DNA from: Octopus sinensis
Lineage: Eukaryota
Assembly (NCBI RefSeq): GCF_006345805.1
Contig: NC_043018.1
Coordinates: forward strand, 4,836,001 to 4,900,000
Reading direction: 5' to 3'
Length of the DNA: 64,000 bases
Part shown: piece after piece, positions 23,073 through 37,700 of the stretch
Numbering within the stretch: position 1 is the first letter of the stretch
Layout: every line of letters begins with the position of its first letter
Notes under the pieces: model-generated
What the model saw: only the letters and a program-made list of their open reading frames with translations
What the model was told of the DNA's origin: nothing
The model's database searches: none
Made by a program: the position numbers and the translations under genes

Positions 23073-26000
23073 TCCAAGGTGGTGAGCTGGCTGAATTGTT
23101 AGCACGCCAGGCAAAATGCTTAGTGGCACTTCGTCCATCTGTATGTTCTGAGTTCAAATTCTGCAGGGGTTGACTTTGCCTTTCATCCTTTTGGGGTCGA
23201 TAAAATAAGTACCAGTTGAGCACTGAGATTAATACAATTGACTGGTCCCTTTCTCCAAAATTTCAAGCCTTGTGTAAGTAGGAGAGCAGGCAAATCACCT
23301 TCAGGTAGATGACCCTGCTTGATCTGTAGGAAAGGCATAGGTAGAAACTCCATAAGATGTGCCTGGTGTAAGCTATGGACACATATGAGGTGTGGCAATA
23401 TCAAAGGAAGGTTAACAGGGAAGATAGATTTTGTGTGTGAAAGATGCACTAAATACTGAAAATATACAGAAAATAGACCCCATCAACTGCCAGTTGGGTA
23501 AGCTAGAGGTAGTAGATAGCTACCATTATCTTGGTGGCCAAGTTAGTAGTGGAGGTGGATGCTCCAAGAGCGTAATTGTGAGAATAAGAATAGGTTGGAC
23601 AAAGTTCAGAGAGCTCTTACCTCTGCTGGCCACAAGGGACCTCTCCATCAGAGTGAAAGGCAGACTATGATACCAGTGTGTAAACAGCTATACTACACAG
23701 CAGTGAAACATGCGCTGTAACAGCTGAGGATATGTAGGCTTTAAAGAAATGAAGCTACCATGCTTCACTGGATGTGCAATGTCAGTGTGCATGCAGAACA
23801 AAGTGTAAGCATCTTGAGAGAAAAGTTGGGCATAAAAGGCATCAGATATGGTGTGCAAGAGAGTCGACTGCGCTGGTATGATCCTGTGATGTGTATGAAC
23901 GAGGACAGCTGTGAAAAGAGGTGCTGATCTCTGACTGTGGAGGGAATCTGTGGAAGAGGTAGACTCAGGAAGACATGGGATAAGGTGGTGAAGCATGATC
24001 TTTGAACTTTGGGCCTCATGGAGGCAATGACTTGTGACTGAGACCTTTGGTGACACATCATGTTTTGAGAAGACCTGTCAAACCAAGTGTAATTGTTGTC
24101 ATGGCTGATGCTGGACCAGTCATGTAACCGGCACCCATGCCAGTGGCATGTAAAGAGCACCTTTCAAGCGTTGGGCCTCAAGATCTTTGGCATTATGTTA
24201 GAGAAGAAGACCCATCAAACCAAGTGAAATAGTTGTTGTGGCAGATGCTGGTGGCATGTAAAAAGCACCCATTACACACTCAGAGTGGTTGGCATTAGGA
24301 AAGGCATCCAGTCATAGTAACTGTGCCAAATCAGACTGGAGTCTGGTGCAACTCCTCAGGTTGCCCTGGTCAAACCATCCAACCCATGCCAGCATGGACA
24401 ATAGATGTTAAGTGATGATGATAATGTTGATGATGTGTCTCTAGTAGAATTATTATTATAATTATTCGGTGTAGCTGTGTGGTAAGAAGCTTGTTTCCCA
24501 ACCACATGGCTCTGGGTTCAGTCCCATTATGTGACACCTTGGGTAAGTGTCTTCAACCACAGCTTCAGGTCGACCAAAGCCTTATGAGTGGATTTGGTAG
24601 ATGGAAACTGAAAGAAGCCCGTCATATATATTTGTGTGCGTTTGTGTTTGTCCCCACCACCACTTGAGAACCAGTGTTGGTGCGTTTACATCCCTGTAAC
24701 TTAGTGAATTGGCAAAAGAAATCAGTAGAAAAGTCCTGGGGTTCATTCATTTGACTAAAAGGTCATCAAGGTGGTGCTCCAGCATGGCCACAATCTAATG
24801 ATTAAAGCAAGTACAAGATAAAACATGATTATTATTGTTATTATTATTTCACCGAGGTTGACTTTACGTTTCATCCTTTCGGGGCTGATAAATTAAGGAC
24901 CAGTGAAATACTAGGGTTGATGTAATCAACTCATCCCCTCCCCTAAAATGGCTGCTCCTGTGGAAAGATTTGAAACCATTATTATTATTATTATTATTAT
25001 GATTGAGTGAGAGAGCAGGCCTTGTGCCTATAGTAGAAATGATTCTTCTTCTTCTTCTTCTTCTTCTTCTTCTTCTTCTTCTTCTATTCTATAGATTTAT
25101 CTCCACTTCTTTGGAGAAATGTCAATAGAGTATCAGATAAAATGTCTGATTATCCTTTAGAGGAATGATCCTTTACATTCTGTGTTCAAATCCTGTCCTC
25201 GTCAGCCTCATCTTTCCATCCTTCCCAGGCTTATAAAAGGAAGCACCATTCTACCATCTTACTTTCTGCTGCTCTCAGTTATTTTCCTGTTTAACCGTTT
25301 CCCATTCTGATTATTTTATCAAATAAAAGGCTTACTTAATTATCTTGTAGTCTTGAGATTTCGATGATGTGACTGTATATTTTTCTAGACTAACATTGTA
25401 GAGTAGGTGTGAGAGGTTGGATCAGGCCAGTTTAAATGCTAACATGTTAATATGTTGTTGTTGTTAGAGCAGCTGATAAACAGAATCATAAGAATAATAG
25501 AGAAAAAGGTCTTGTGGTAATTAAATACCTTTATGTTCCCAGTTCAAATCCTGCCAAAGTTGGTTTTGTCTTTTGTCCTGGTGTCAATAAACATTTTACA
25601 GATTAAGTACTGAAGATAATCTAATCGATTATACTTGCCTCTCCCTTCCACACTGCATTTATTGTTGCTGTTGTTGTTATTGTCTTACTTCATCTTCCAA
25701 TTCCAGGTTTTCTTCTCCGTAAGATCTACAGTTTCCTCATGAAAGCCCCTCGGGAACTCCTGATGGAAAAACATGTAGTGTTGCCCCCTATGGACATTAA
25801 AATTGTCTGTACACACTCTGAATGGAATTCGGTTTATCGCACACTTCTGGAGCAGTGTGAAAGCATCCCGGTATGTAATCGCGACTATACACTCTAAACA
25901 CTTTCTATACATTCTGCAAACTCAATGGTACCTTTAAAGTTTTTGTCCTCTGTGTGTGTGTGTGGTGTTATTTGTCTTGTATGCAAATCTTGTCTTTGCA

Positions 26001-29000
26001 AAGTTTGTGTGCATCCATGTGGGTGATCATCTTCAATTTCATCTTGGAAACTTTGTTACCATTGTTTTCGACATCATCATCATGATCATGATCATTACCA
26101 TCATGATCATCATCTTCATCACCAAACCAGTGCAGTCTCCTCTCTTGTACATTGCATCTAATTCCTCTTATGCTCAGCTTCTCTCTCAATATACCAATGA
26201 TCTGTCACACGTGCACCCCCAGCAGAACATACCAGCTTCGTTCCTCCCGAACCTTCGCATGTTATCTGCATTCAATGTGTGGTGGTGATGGTGATGATGA
26301 TGATGGGTGAGACAGAGTCTGTTTCTGAGCTGGTTGGATGGATTGTATCTGTTGTTCAAAGGTTAATTCTTGTTCCGCTATGTCATGCTCATTCTGCCCG
26401 AGACTTATGTTAAGGGCACATGTATCTGAGGAGCACACCTCCACTTATATGCTAATTTAATGAGCTGGAAGGTTCAGTTAATTGAACAACTGGCTCCCTA
26501 TCATTTGAACCAACAGAGATACATCGACTTAAACACTTTTGTTGTTTATGTGAATGTTGGGGGCTGTTTGTTGCATGGCCAGGACGTGCCTGTCACAGTA
26601 AAAGAAGGGCAATGAAACCTTTGAACAAACAAAATACTTGTTAGAATTTTGTGTCAGGATTCGTTTAACTTTTGCTTGTATAATAAGCATTACCAATGTT
26701 GGAAATCAGGATGGTTCTGGGTATATTGTCATCACCACCATCGACTTGGGAGTTTCAGAATAGCTGTCTTCTAAAGACCCATGCCACATGGAAAAGGAAA
26801 AGGATAGTTTTTTTTTCCCGTCCTCTTAATTTTTCTTTTTTACTTGTTTCAATCATTAAATCGTGGCCATGCTGGGGCACCGCCTTGAAGAATTTTTAGT
26901 AGAATGAATTGACCCCAATGCTTATTTGTTTAAAATCCTGCTACTTATTCTATTGGTTCTCTTTTGCTGAACCACAGAGGTATGAGGATGTAAAGACGCC
27001 AACACCGGTTGCCAAGCGGTGGTGGTGATGGGAAAAACTCACATACACAAGCGCCTGCCCACATACATTTGTATACGACAAGCTTTTTCAGTTTCCGTGT
27101 CCCAAAATCCACTCACAAAGTTTCGGTTGGCCCGAGGTTATAGTTCTTAGCACACAGCCACGCCTGCGTCTTTTTAGTAATCGTGTAGTTCAGACAACGG
27201 ATATTACAATTCTGAAGTTTTTTTCTTTTCTTTTTCAAATTTTCAATTTTTGCCCTGGTCTCACTTTCAACCACTTTTCTTTACTCAAGAGGCATGGCAC
27301 TTTGAGGGGTGGATATTCCTTCCAAAATTCTGTCGACGAGAATTAGGTATTCAATAAGTAAAACCGGGACAGGAGATGTTGGTGGGGATTGACTGGGAGG
27401 CCCTCTGTTGGCTGCAAAGTGCAAATCATTTCTTTGAACTGGTACTGAATTCAAATTGGTCCCAAGTCGTTACCTCCTCCACAAGGGGTAACAACACTTT
27501 GGATCTGTTATTTACTGCTTCTCCTGAAACAATTATTAGTGTCACTACTGAAGAACCTTTAGGTGACTCTGATCATTCCATGATCATGGCCAACTTGTCT
27601 CTGATTGTAACAAAAACCACAACCATCTTCAAACTACCTGCTTTGACTGGAACTCTTATTGTACCGAGCTGCGATGCCCAAACTGGCTCGAATTTTATGC
27701 CTCTGGAGATGTGAACACTATACTCCAGAACATTCTGAATTCAATATGGATGGCATGTGCAGCATCGGTACCACGCAAGCACAAAAAAACCACCCAATAG
27801 TGCAATTTGGGAGACAGCAGCAGTCCGAATTGCCAGGAAAGAACGCCGTAATGCTGAACAGGAATACAAATTGCACAAATCAAGGATCAATAGGAAAAAG
27901 CACAATAGGTCAGCCAACCACCTCAAGCAGGTGACAAAAAAGGCAGTTCTTAGCAACCAACCCTGACAGCAAAGTGTTCTGGAAGTATGTATGTTCAAAG
28001 CAGAGACCTCACTCTCCAGTTGGTCCTTTTCGCAATCCCCACACAGGGCAGATTACTGGCAATCCCAAAGAATGTACAGAAATCATTGCTGGATGCTATG
28101 CAGGCATCTTTACTGTCAAAGATCAAAATGCTCCATCTCCGTCGCCTTTGACACCGGACTCTATAACTACTATGAAATTTACAGAAGCAATGCCACAGAA
28201 ACAACAGAAACAACACCACCTTAAGAATAAACGTAACTATGCCTCTCCTGGTCTTGATAGTGTTACATACCTACTTCTCAAACGCGGTGGGTACTTTCTT
28301 CTAAACCAACTTTCAATTCTGTATTGACAATGGTGCTACTCCAGAGCAGTGGAAAACTGCCAGTGTTATCCTTCTGTTCAAAAAAGGTGATCACACTTCA
28401 CATGTCAACTATCGCCCCATCAGTTTTACTAGCTGCATCACCAAACTGATGGAATCTTGTGTCAGAGAAACCCTCTGGAACTTCTGGAAGTCTCACAGCC
28501 TCATCCAACCGTCACAATTTGGTTTTATTCCTAACTCCAGCTGCTGTAATCAACTCATTGAGTTTCTTGAGGACATTACCCGAATCACTGATCGCGGATC
28601 CTGGGTGGATGTTGTTTACCTAGACTTTGCTAAGGCTTTCAATTCTGTGCCACACAAAAGACTTATGGTGAAACTCTCTGCAATGGGTGTAAGAGACGAT
28701 CTTTATAACTGGTTGAAGTCCTTCATTATCGGCCAAAAAGAGGTTGTCACAGTTCTAGGACAGCACTCTTCACCCTATGAGATGACATCTGGTGAACCAC
28801 AGGGATTTGTTCGTGGCCCCCTTTTATTTGTTGCATATGTTAATGACAAAGATGCCAACTTAAAGAATGCCACAGTGCTGAAATATGTAGATGACATCAA
28901 GCTGTACCTCGAAATAAAGAGGACAGATCCTGTACACTATAGATCTTTATTGCAATCAGACCTGGACACAATGCCGCAGTGAATCATGAACTGGCAACTC

Positions 29001-32000
29001 AAGCTGGCTATGGACAAATGTAACACCATGCATTTTGGGTGGAGAAACCCAGTGTCCACCTACTCCCTCCACAACACTAATCTCAAAAAGTCTTCTTGTG
29101 AATGTGACCTAGGCGTTATTGTCGACTGCGATTTGCGTTGCACAAAACACATCGCTAAAATTGCCAAGAAGGCTGAGGGTGTCTTGGCACCACTCACCAA
29201 GTGAGCCGCTCTCTGGCTATCTATCTGCAGCTTTATATAGCTATGGTGCGGCCTCACCTGGAATTTGCATCACCGGTCTGGAACCCCTATCTTGCCCAGG
29301 ATATTAATCGTCTGGAAACCATTCAGCGACGTGCAACCAAGAGAATACCCTCCATCAGGCATTTGCCATATTATGAATGCCCTACTTCCCTGAGCATGGA
29401 TACATTGAAACTCCGACATCTGGCAACTGACTTGGCAGACACCCATAAAATTATTAACCATCTTACAAACAATAACTCTGAGCACCTTTTCAAACTCTAC
29501 CTGTCTAACACCCGTGAACATGTTTACAAAGTCAGAAAACAGCACAGTTCCTTCCATGACTTTCGGAAACATTTTTTCACGCTGAGAGTTGCTGAAGCAT
29601 GGAACAAACTGCCAGCATCAGTTGTTAGTTGTCGGAGCACTGCATCCTTCAAAACTTCCATGCTTCCTAAGATTCACCAACACTACACCTGATTTTCTCT
29701 CCTCCATACACATGCAAACATGTATCTGACTCATACACTGTTCATTTCCCAGACATTTGCACATTACTGCATATTCTCTATACGCACTTTTGACAAGTTG
29801 TGGTGCACCTGAGCACTGTATACAATAATTTCATTATTATTATTATTATTAAAAGCGGGAAATAGGAGACAAAATTCTATTGAGGTGATTAGTTAAGTCT
29901 TTTTTGAGCTTAAATCCCGGTATCAATAAAATCAGCACAGAACAATTTAATCAATAGGTTTATTTATTTATTATTTGTTTGTTTGTTTGTTTCAATGGTC
30001 GGAAATTGAAGTCCGGCGTTGTGATATTTGGCTGTTGTTTCTGAATAATATTTACAATACTTGAGAGTCGCTATAAGAAGACCGCTGTTTTACTAAGGGA
30101 AACAACTCCTCCCAAGTTGGCTGTATGTTACCTCCCTTTATCATCTTGCCGCTCATCATGGTTCCACTGTCAGGCATTTGAAGAATTTCCGTAGAATGGG
30201 GAAAAAAAAATGAAAAAAAAATTATGATCAGTAATAATTGCAGATATCCATGTAAACATATGTATAGCCATGCGTAATAGGATGTTTTTTGGGTCAATGG
30301 ACTTTTATGTTGAGGCTAAAGTTAGAATTTCAATTCCTGCTACTGTTAAATAGGTGGAAGTCGTTGAGGCAGAAAGAATTATTGTTTGGGAAGAGGAAAG
30401 AAATGGTATATTCCCTGTCACTGTCACTCTCTCCCCTCCCCCTTCTTTAATTAGAGATGGTACACATATCTGACAAGCCGCCACTTGGAACGCTAGTTCA
30501 ATAAGTAGACATTACTACTTTCTTTCTTCGGAAGGGAGAAAGGAACAGATGACTAAATCGATCCCAGGACTTAGCTTTTCTTTTTTAAGCCAAGTACTTA
30601 TTCTATTCGTCTCTTTTGCCAAACTGCTAAGTTACAAGGACATAAACACACCGACTCCAGCTGTCAGGTGGTGGTGGGGGAGACAAACACAGAAACAAAG
30701 ACACACACACACACATGCACACACTCACACATATATATATATATATATGCAATGGGCTTCTTTCACTTTCCGTCTACCAAATCCACTCACAAAGCTTTGG
30801 TTGGCCCAGGGCCGTAGTTGAAGACACTTGCCCAATGTTCTGAACCCAGAACCCTGCGGCTGGGGAGCAACCCTCTTGCCCGACGGCCACTCTTGTGCTG
30901 AGGATTTGGATAAAAGCACAACGATGCATATCTGCTGCGTAATTATTGGAAGATGCCATTCGCTCTCAGTTTGGATTTTTAATTGGCTTTACTTTTAATT
31001 AATTGTTAGTCCATTTATTTTTAGGTGTTGGGATTAGATGCTGAATGGATCACTCGATTTGGTAGGAGGTATCCTGTATCCTTGCTACAATTGGCAGGTA
31101 AAGACGGCCTTTGTGTACTTATTAGACTGAACTTGTTGCCAAAACCTTTTCCATCATCATTAAAAAGTTTGTTGGCTGATTCAAGGTAGGTTGTTATTTT
31201 CTATACCAGAATTGATTTGGGGAAGGGCACCCAGCCATTAAAAACCCTGCCGAAACAGGCAATGAAGCCTAGTACAGCCTCCTGTCAAACCATCCAACCC
31301 ATGCCAGCATGGAAAACAAATGTTAAATGATGATGATGATAATGACAGAGATTTTTCATTAGCACATGACTTTGGTATAATTTTATTTAACAAAAGCTGA
31401 GATATTTTCGATTCAGGGAGTTACTTGCCATTTTTTCATCGCTTAAAGCCACAAGATGATTTTTGTGTCTAATATTTTTTAATGTGGTTTTTCACCATAG
31501 AATTCCTCTCATAGAACTCTTGTATAATTTTCTCTAACAAAAGCTGAAATATTTTGCAACCATGACTGATATCAGCAACTATGGCATACACACACTCATC
31601 ATCATCATCATTTAACATCTGTTTTTCCATGCTGGCATGGGTTGGACGGTTTGACAGGAGCTGGTAAGGCCAGGGGCTGCACCATGTTCCATTGTCTGTT
31701 TTGGTTTGGTTTCTAGGGTCAGATGTCCTTCCTAATGCCAACCACTTCACAGAGTGGACTGAGTGCTTTTTATGTGGCACCAACACCAGTGCCTTTTTGG
31801 CACATTTCTTGGTGCCGACACAAAATGATGGAAGGGGTAGACATTTCCAAAAGGACCATATTACTTTCAAATATAATTGAAGAAGCAAATTTCACTTTAC
31901 TCTTCCCATAACTATTTTGTCATATGCTCCCCCTCCTCCCCCTCCACCTGTGTGCGTGCTTCTGTATGTGCAGCATCTCCGTACTCATTGCTTGTCACTA

Positions 32001-33867
32001 AGCCTAGTATATACACTCATCCTGCACCTCTTGACTCCCCCTTAACTGGGAGATTGTTACCACACTTGGAAATAGAAATTGGTTGGTGCACCAATATACT
32101 CTCTTCTGATCCATGCAAGCATGGAGAAGTAGATGTTAAAATGATGATAGTGGTGATGATGATGATGATGATGATGGTGATGGTGGTGATGGTGGTGGTG
32201 ATGGATATGGTGATTATGATGATGGTGATGACATATGAGTAAAATTGTAGTCATGGCCGATGCCAATGCTGTCTGACTGGCACCCATGCTGGTGGCATGT
32301 AAAAAGCACCATTTGAGCGTTGGGCCCCATAGAGGCAATGCCAGGTGACCAAGACCCTTGGCGATATACCGTGCTTGTGTAGACCTGTCAAGCCAACTGA
32401 GACTAGTTGTGGCCGATGCCAGTGTCAGGACACTGGTACCTGTGCCGGTGGCACGTAAAAAACACCCACTACACTCTCGAAGTGGTTGGCATTAGGAAGG
32501 GCATCCAGCTGTAGAAACTCTGCCAGATCAGACTGGAACCTGGTGCAGCCCCTGGCTTCCCAGACCCCAGTCAAACTGCCCAACCCATGCCAGCATGGAA
32601 AACAGACGTTAAATGATGATGATGATGATGATGATGCTGACATGTGTGACTATGTGGTAAGAAGCTTGCTTACCAGCCACATGGTTCTGGGTTCAGTCCC
32701 ACTACATGGCACCTTGGCAAGTGTCTCCTACTATAACTTTGGGCCAATCAAAGCCTTGTGAGTGGATTTGGTAGATGGAAACTGAAAGAAGCCTGTAACG
32801 TGTTTGTGTTTGTCCTCTGCTACTGCTTGATAGCCTATGTTGGTGTGTTTATGCCCCTGTAACTTAGCGGTTTGGCAAAAGAGACCAATAGAATAAGTAC
32901 CAGGCTTTCAAAGAAAAAGAAAAAGAGCTGGTGGGGATTCCTTTGACTAAATATTCTTCAAGGCACTTCTGTGCCCCAGCATGGCCACAGCCCAATGACT
33001 GAAACAAGTAAAAGATAGAAAATAAAAAGATGAAGGATTTGAATGTGGATAATCCGTTGAAGGAGGGATTACTGTTGTTAAATGATTATCTTTTTCTGTC
33101 CACAGCATCCTGAAAATAGGTGTTGGCATCAGTGTGGATGTAGGCAATCTCCGAATTGACCATGACCTTCACATAAGGGGTTACCTTGACCTTCGCAACG
33201 TCCTCCCCTTTATACCTACCCAATACTCAGTGTGAGTAGTTTTGTCCTTTTTTTCTTTCACTTCATTCTCATTCTTCTCTTTCTCTCTCTCTCCTTCTCT
33301 TTCTCTTTAACTGTTGTTTTCTCTCTCTCTGTTTATCTATTTGTCTTTCCTATCTCTCTCTCTCTCTACCCCTCTCTCTCACTGTCTTTCTCTCTCCCCC
33401 TCTCTCATTCTCTCTTCCTCCCTCTCCCTCTCTATCTCATTATCCTGTCTTCCTTCTTTGCGTCTTTGTTATGAGAAATCATACAAGTGTTAAATGAAAG
33501 GTGTATATGCAAACAATAATTAAATCAGTCTTAACTGCTTCACTACAGTTTCCACTTCCTCGTCATTGGAATAATGTTTGCTCTCAATCCTACTTTCATG
33601 GGGCTGAAGAGATGATAGTCCAATGACAAGGAAGTGGAAACTGTAGTGAAGAAGTGGCTCAAAGGACAGTCAACAGATTTTTACGGGGCAGGGATACATG
33701 CTCTCATTCGAAAGTGGAACATTGCTATTGAGAGAAATGGCGACTATGTTGAGAAGTAGGGATGTGATCCACAGAGGACCAGCTTCATTTTGATGTATGA
33801 TACATGTTCCTGTGTTGGTAATTATACCTGTCCTTAACAAAATGGCATTACTTTTTGACTCACTCTC

Positions 33868-33919
<52 letters not shown>

Positions 33920-34684
33920 GTATTTGTATATATATATATATACACACACATATATACATGCTAGGTATCATTTGTCATGTGATGGGGAAGTTTGCAAGAC
34001 TACTTTTGTCAGTGTGAGTAATGGCAAACACCTGAGACTCTGACTGTTGAGACAATGAGTATTCCAGTTGATTTGATCAACAGAACAGTCTGCTTATAAA
34101 AATGGCGTACAAGTGGCTGAGTACTCCACAGACACGTGTACTCTTAATGTAGTTCTCATGGAGATTCAGCGTGACACAGAATGTGACAAGAACGGTTTGA
34201 GTGAGAGCTGGCAAGCCAGAAGCCGGCACCAATACCAAAATGATGAAAGGATTTCTAATTTTCAAAAGAAAAATATCATTACTTTAAAATAAAAGTATAT
34301 AAAACAAATTTCTTATTTGTATATTTGCCAGAAATATTTGATATTATTTTCTTAAATTTTATCAAAATTATTGTAATCTCTTCCATTGAATCTAATTTTT
34401 CAAAATTTCAAATAAAAAATGTGCATTTATCAGAAAAATATAAGATGCTCACCCTACAGCACTTGTCTTTTTTTTGTTTTTATCTCTTGTTTCAGTCATT
34501 AGACTGCCGGCCATGCTGGGGCATTGCTTTGAGAAATTTTAGTCAGAAGCTTGCTTCTCAACAACATGGTTCCGGGTTCAGTACCCCTGCATAGCAACTT
34601 AGTCAAGTGTCTTCAAGTGTAGCCTTGGACCTACCAAAGCCTTGTGAGTGGATTTGTTAGACGGAAACTGTAAGAAGCCTGTCG

Positions 34685-34724
<40 letters not shown>

Positions 34725-37700
34725 TGTCTGTGTGTGTTAGTGTGTCTTTGGGTTAGGTTTGTCTCTCCCTCCACCACTTGACGACCAGTTTTGGCATTTT
34801 GACAGAAGAGACTGAGAGAATAAGTTTCAGGCTTTAAAAAAAGAGATAAGTGCTGGGTCGATTCAGTTCTTCAAGGTGCTGCCCCAGCATGGCCACAGTC
34901 TAATGGCTGAAACAAATAAAAGTAAAAGGAAAAAGGTGGCCAAATGGCCGAATCGTTAGCATCCCGGACAAAATGCTTAATGGCATTTCAGTCGTCTGCA
35001 TTCAGAGTTCAAATTCAGCTGATCTTGGCTTTGCTTTTGGAATTGATGAAGTAAGTATCCCCCTCCACTCACCCTGTAAATTTCAGGCCTTGTGTCTATA
35101 ATGGAAAGGATATTATTATCTAGGAAGCAACCTGGCAGGAATATTCACCTGCCAGGTGAAACACTTGGTGCCATTTCTTTTAGTTCTTTACATTCTCAGC
35201 TTTACATTCCACCGAGGTCAGCTTTGCAGCTTTACCTTTCATGTTTTTGGGGGTCAATTAAATAAAGCACAAGTCAAGTAACGGGGTCGGTGTAATTGAT
35301 TTGCCCTCCTCTAAAAGAAATTGCTGGCCTTGTGCCAAAATTAGAAAGAATTATATTTTTGATATCAAATATTGGCACAAGGCCAGCAATTTTGGGGGGG
35401 TGGGGATAAGTTGATTACATCGACCCCAGCATGTAACTGGTACTTATTTTATCAACCGTGAAAGGACAAAAGGCAAAGTCAAACCTCAGTGGCATTTGAA
35501 CTCAGAATACAAAACTGGACAAAATGCTGCTGATCTTGTGGTTGTTCTTCATCTTGTTGCTGCCAGAATCATTAGCATGATGCCATTTCGTCCATCTTTA
35601 CATTCTGAGTTCAAATTCTGCTAAGGTCGTCTTTCCTTTCATCCTTTCTGAAGTCAATGAAATAAGTACCAGTTGTATACTGAGGATTGATGTCATTGGC
35701 TTATCCCCTCCTGTGAAATTCCTGGCCTTGGGCCAAATTTTGGAATCATTGTTTACATGGTTGTTTTTGTTATTATTCCAGTACGAGTTATAGTTTGATG
35801 AATCTTGCCAAAGCCATCATCAATGTTGACATGTTCAAAGACAAATCTATCACACTCAGCAACTGGGAATCCGAAGAACTTACCAAAGAACAGGTGAGAG
35901 GACCTTTTTGTGTCTTGAGGAATTGATTTTGGGTTGGGCGGTTAGGGTGGTGGTGTTGGGGGCACACCGGGCAAAAGGCATGGGGGTATTTCATATGTCG
36001 TTATGTTCTGAGCTCAACTTTACTTTTTATCCCTTTTGCGGTTGATAAAATAAATACCAGTTGTGTACTGGGGTTGATGTAATCGATATACCCACCTCCT
36101 CTGAAATTGCTGGCCTTGTGCCAAAATTTGAAATAGATATGAAAAGTTGTGGTGGTGAAATTTGTTTTAATGATACTTTGGTGGTGGTGGTAGTGATGGT
36201 GATGATGCTGGTGGTGGTGGTGGTGGTGGTGATGATGGTGGTGGTGGTGGTGGAGGTGATGGTGGTGATGATGGTGGTGGTGGTAACAGTATTGAAAGCT
36301 GTGTTAATGGTATGCTGGATGGTGGTATTGATAGTGGAGGTAGTGGTAGTGTGTTGGTGGGTTGATGGCAGTGGTGATGGTTGGGGTGTTGATGAATGTT
36401 ACGGCCTGGTGGTGATGGTGTGTTGGGGAAGGGGAAGGTTGTAGTGGTGTTGATGGCTGTTGTGATGGTGGTGGTTGTGAAGGCAGTAGTTAGAAGGTGA
36501 AAGTTGTGATGGTGGTGGGAGTTGTAGTAAGGGTGTGTTGGTGGTATTGGTGGTTGATTGTTGGTGTTTTACTCCAAGTTAGCTTTGATCAAACAGATCC
36601 ATGGCATCATCATTCCAACCATGGCCATCCCACCAACAGAGGTGGTTATAGGCCAGGTACTGAGAGGACAAGCACAGGTTTCTTGCTATAGATGGGATAA
36701 ATGGCCATCCCACATGATATAAAGGGGAGTGGCAGTAATTGTGTAGAAGAAGGTGAAGAAGAAGATGAAAAGGAAGGTGATTGTGGTGGTTTGCTGGAGC
36801 AAACTGTCAAAGTGCAGGAAGGTGAGCAGAAGAGAGGATGTATGTGTGTGTGTGTGTATATCATCATCATCGTTTAACATCCGCTTTCCATGCTAGCATG
36901 GGTTGGACGATTTTGACTGAGGGCTGGTGAACCAGATGGCTACACCAGGCTCCAATCTTGATCTGGCAGAGTTTCTACAGCTGGATGCATTTCCTAACAC
37001 CAACCACTCCGAGAGTGTAGTGGGTGCTTTTACGTGCCACCAGCACGAGGGCCAGTCAGGTGGTACTGGCAACGGTCACGCTCAAATGGTGCTTAAAACT
37101 GAGAATGTGTGTCTGTCTGTGTGCATCCCTAAAACTTGAGAACTACACAACCAATTTCATTCAAATTTTACACGTGTCTTACTTAGGGTCCAGGGAGTGT
37201 CATGGGCAAAAGAATTTCTAACTTCTTGTCTAGGGTGAGCCCACAGCAATACTATTTCAGTATTACGTGTTAAAAGTGAAAAAAAAACATCTCTCTATTG
37301 TAATGTCAGATACTTTCACTTTAATACTGAAACTATTAAAGTCAAACTATTATATAAGGGGGATGAACCATTAACAGTGGACATTCATTTTGCTAGAAGA
37401 AGATCCGCTATGGTCTTATATGCTACACCACTGGTTTTCAATTCATATTAATCAAATTAATATTCAATTTCTCACCCTTATTATTTTAAATTTAAATTTA
37501 AACCCAGGACCATGTGTTTTGGAACGAAGTTTGTTACCACACAGCCACACCTGCACCTGTGTGTGTGTGTGTGTGTATGTGTGTGTATAGCTGTATATGT
37601 ATACATTTATTTCTATACATAAAGATGTATATGTGTAGATGTATATATATATAGATGTACATGTAATATGTACACATATATACATGCATACATATATCAC

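Noticed and set aside
27290-27346. Possible 57-nt exon (AWHFEGWIFLPKFCRREL)
   Set aside because: No EXD2 similarity; between exons 2 and 3 it would be read in phase 0 and end in TAG.
30354-30405. AG/GT-bounded 52-nt segment (WKSLRQKELLFGKRKEM) in frame with EXD2 exon 3
   Set aside because: Exon 25707-25870 supplies the homologous sequence and joins exon 3 in phase; including this segment would frameshift. At most a cryptic exon.
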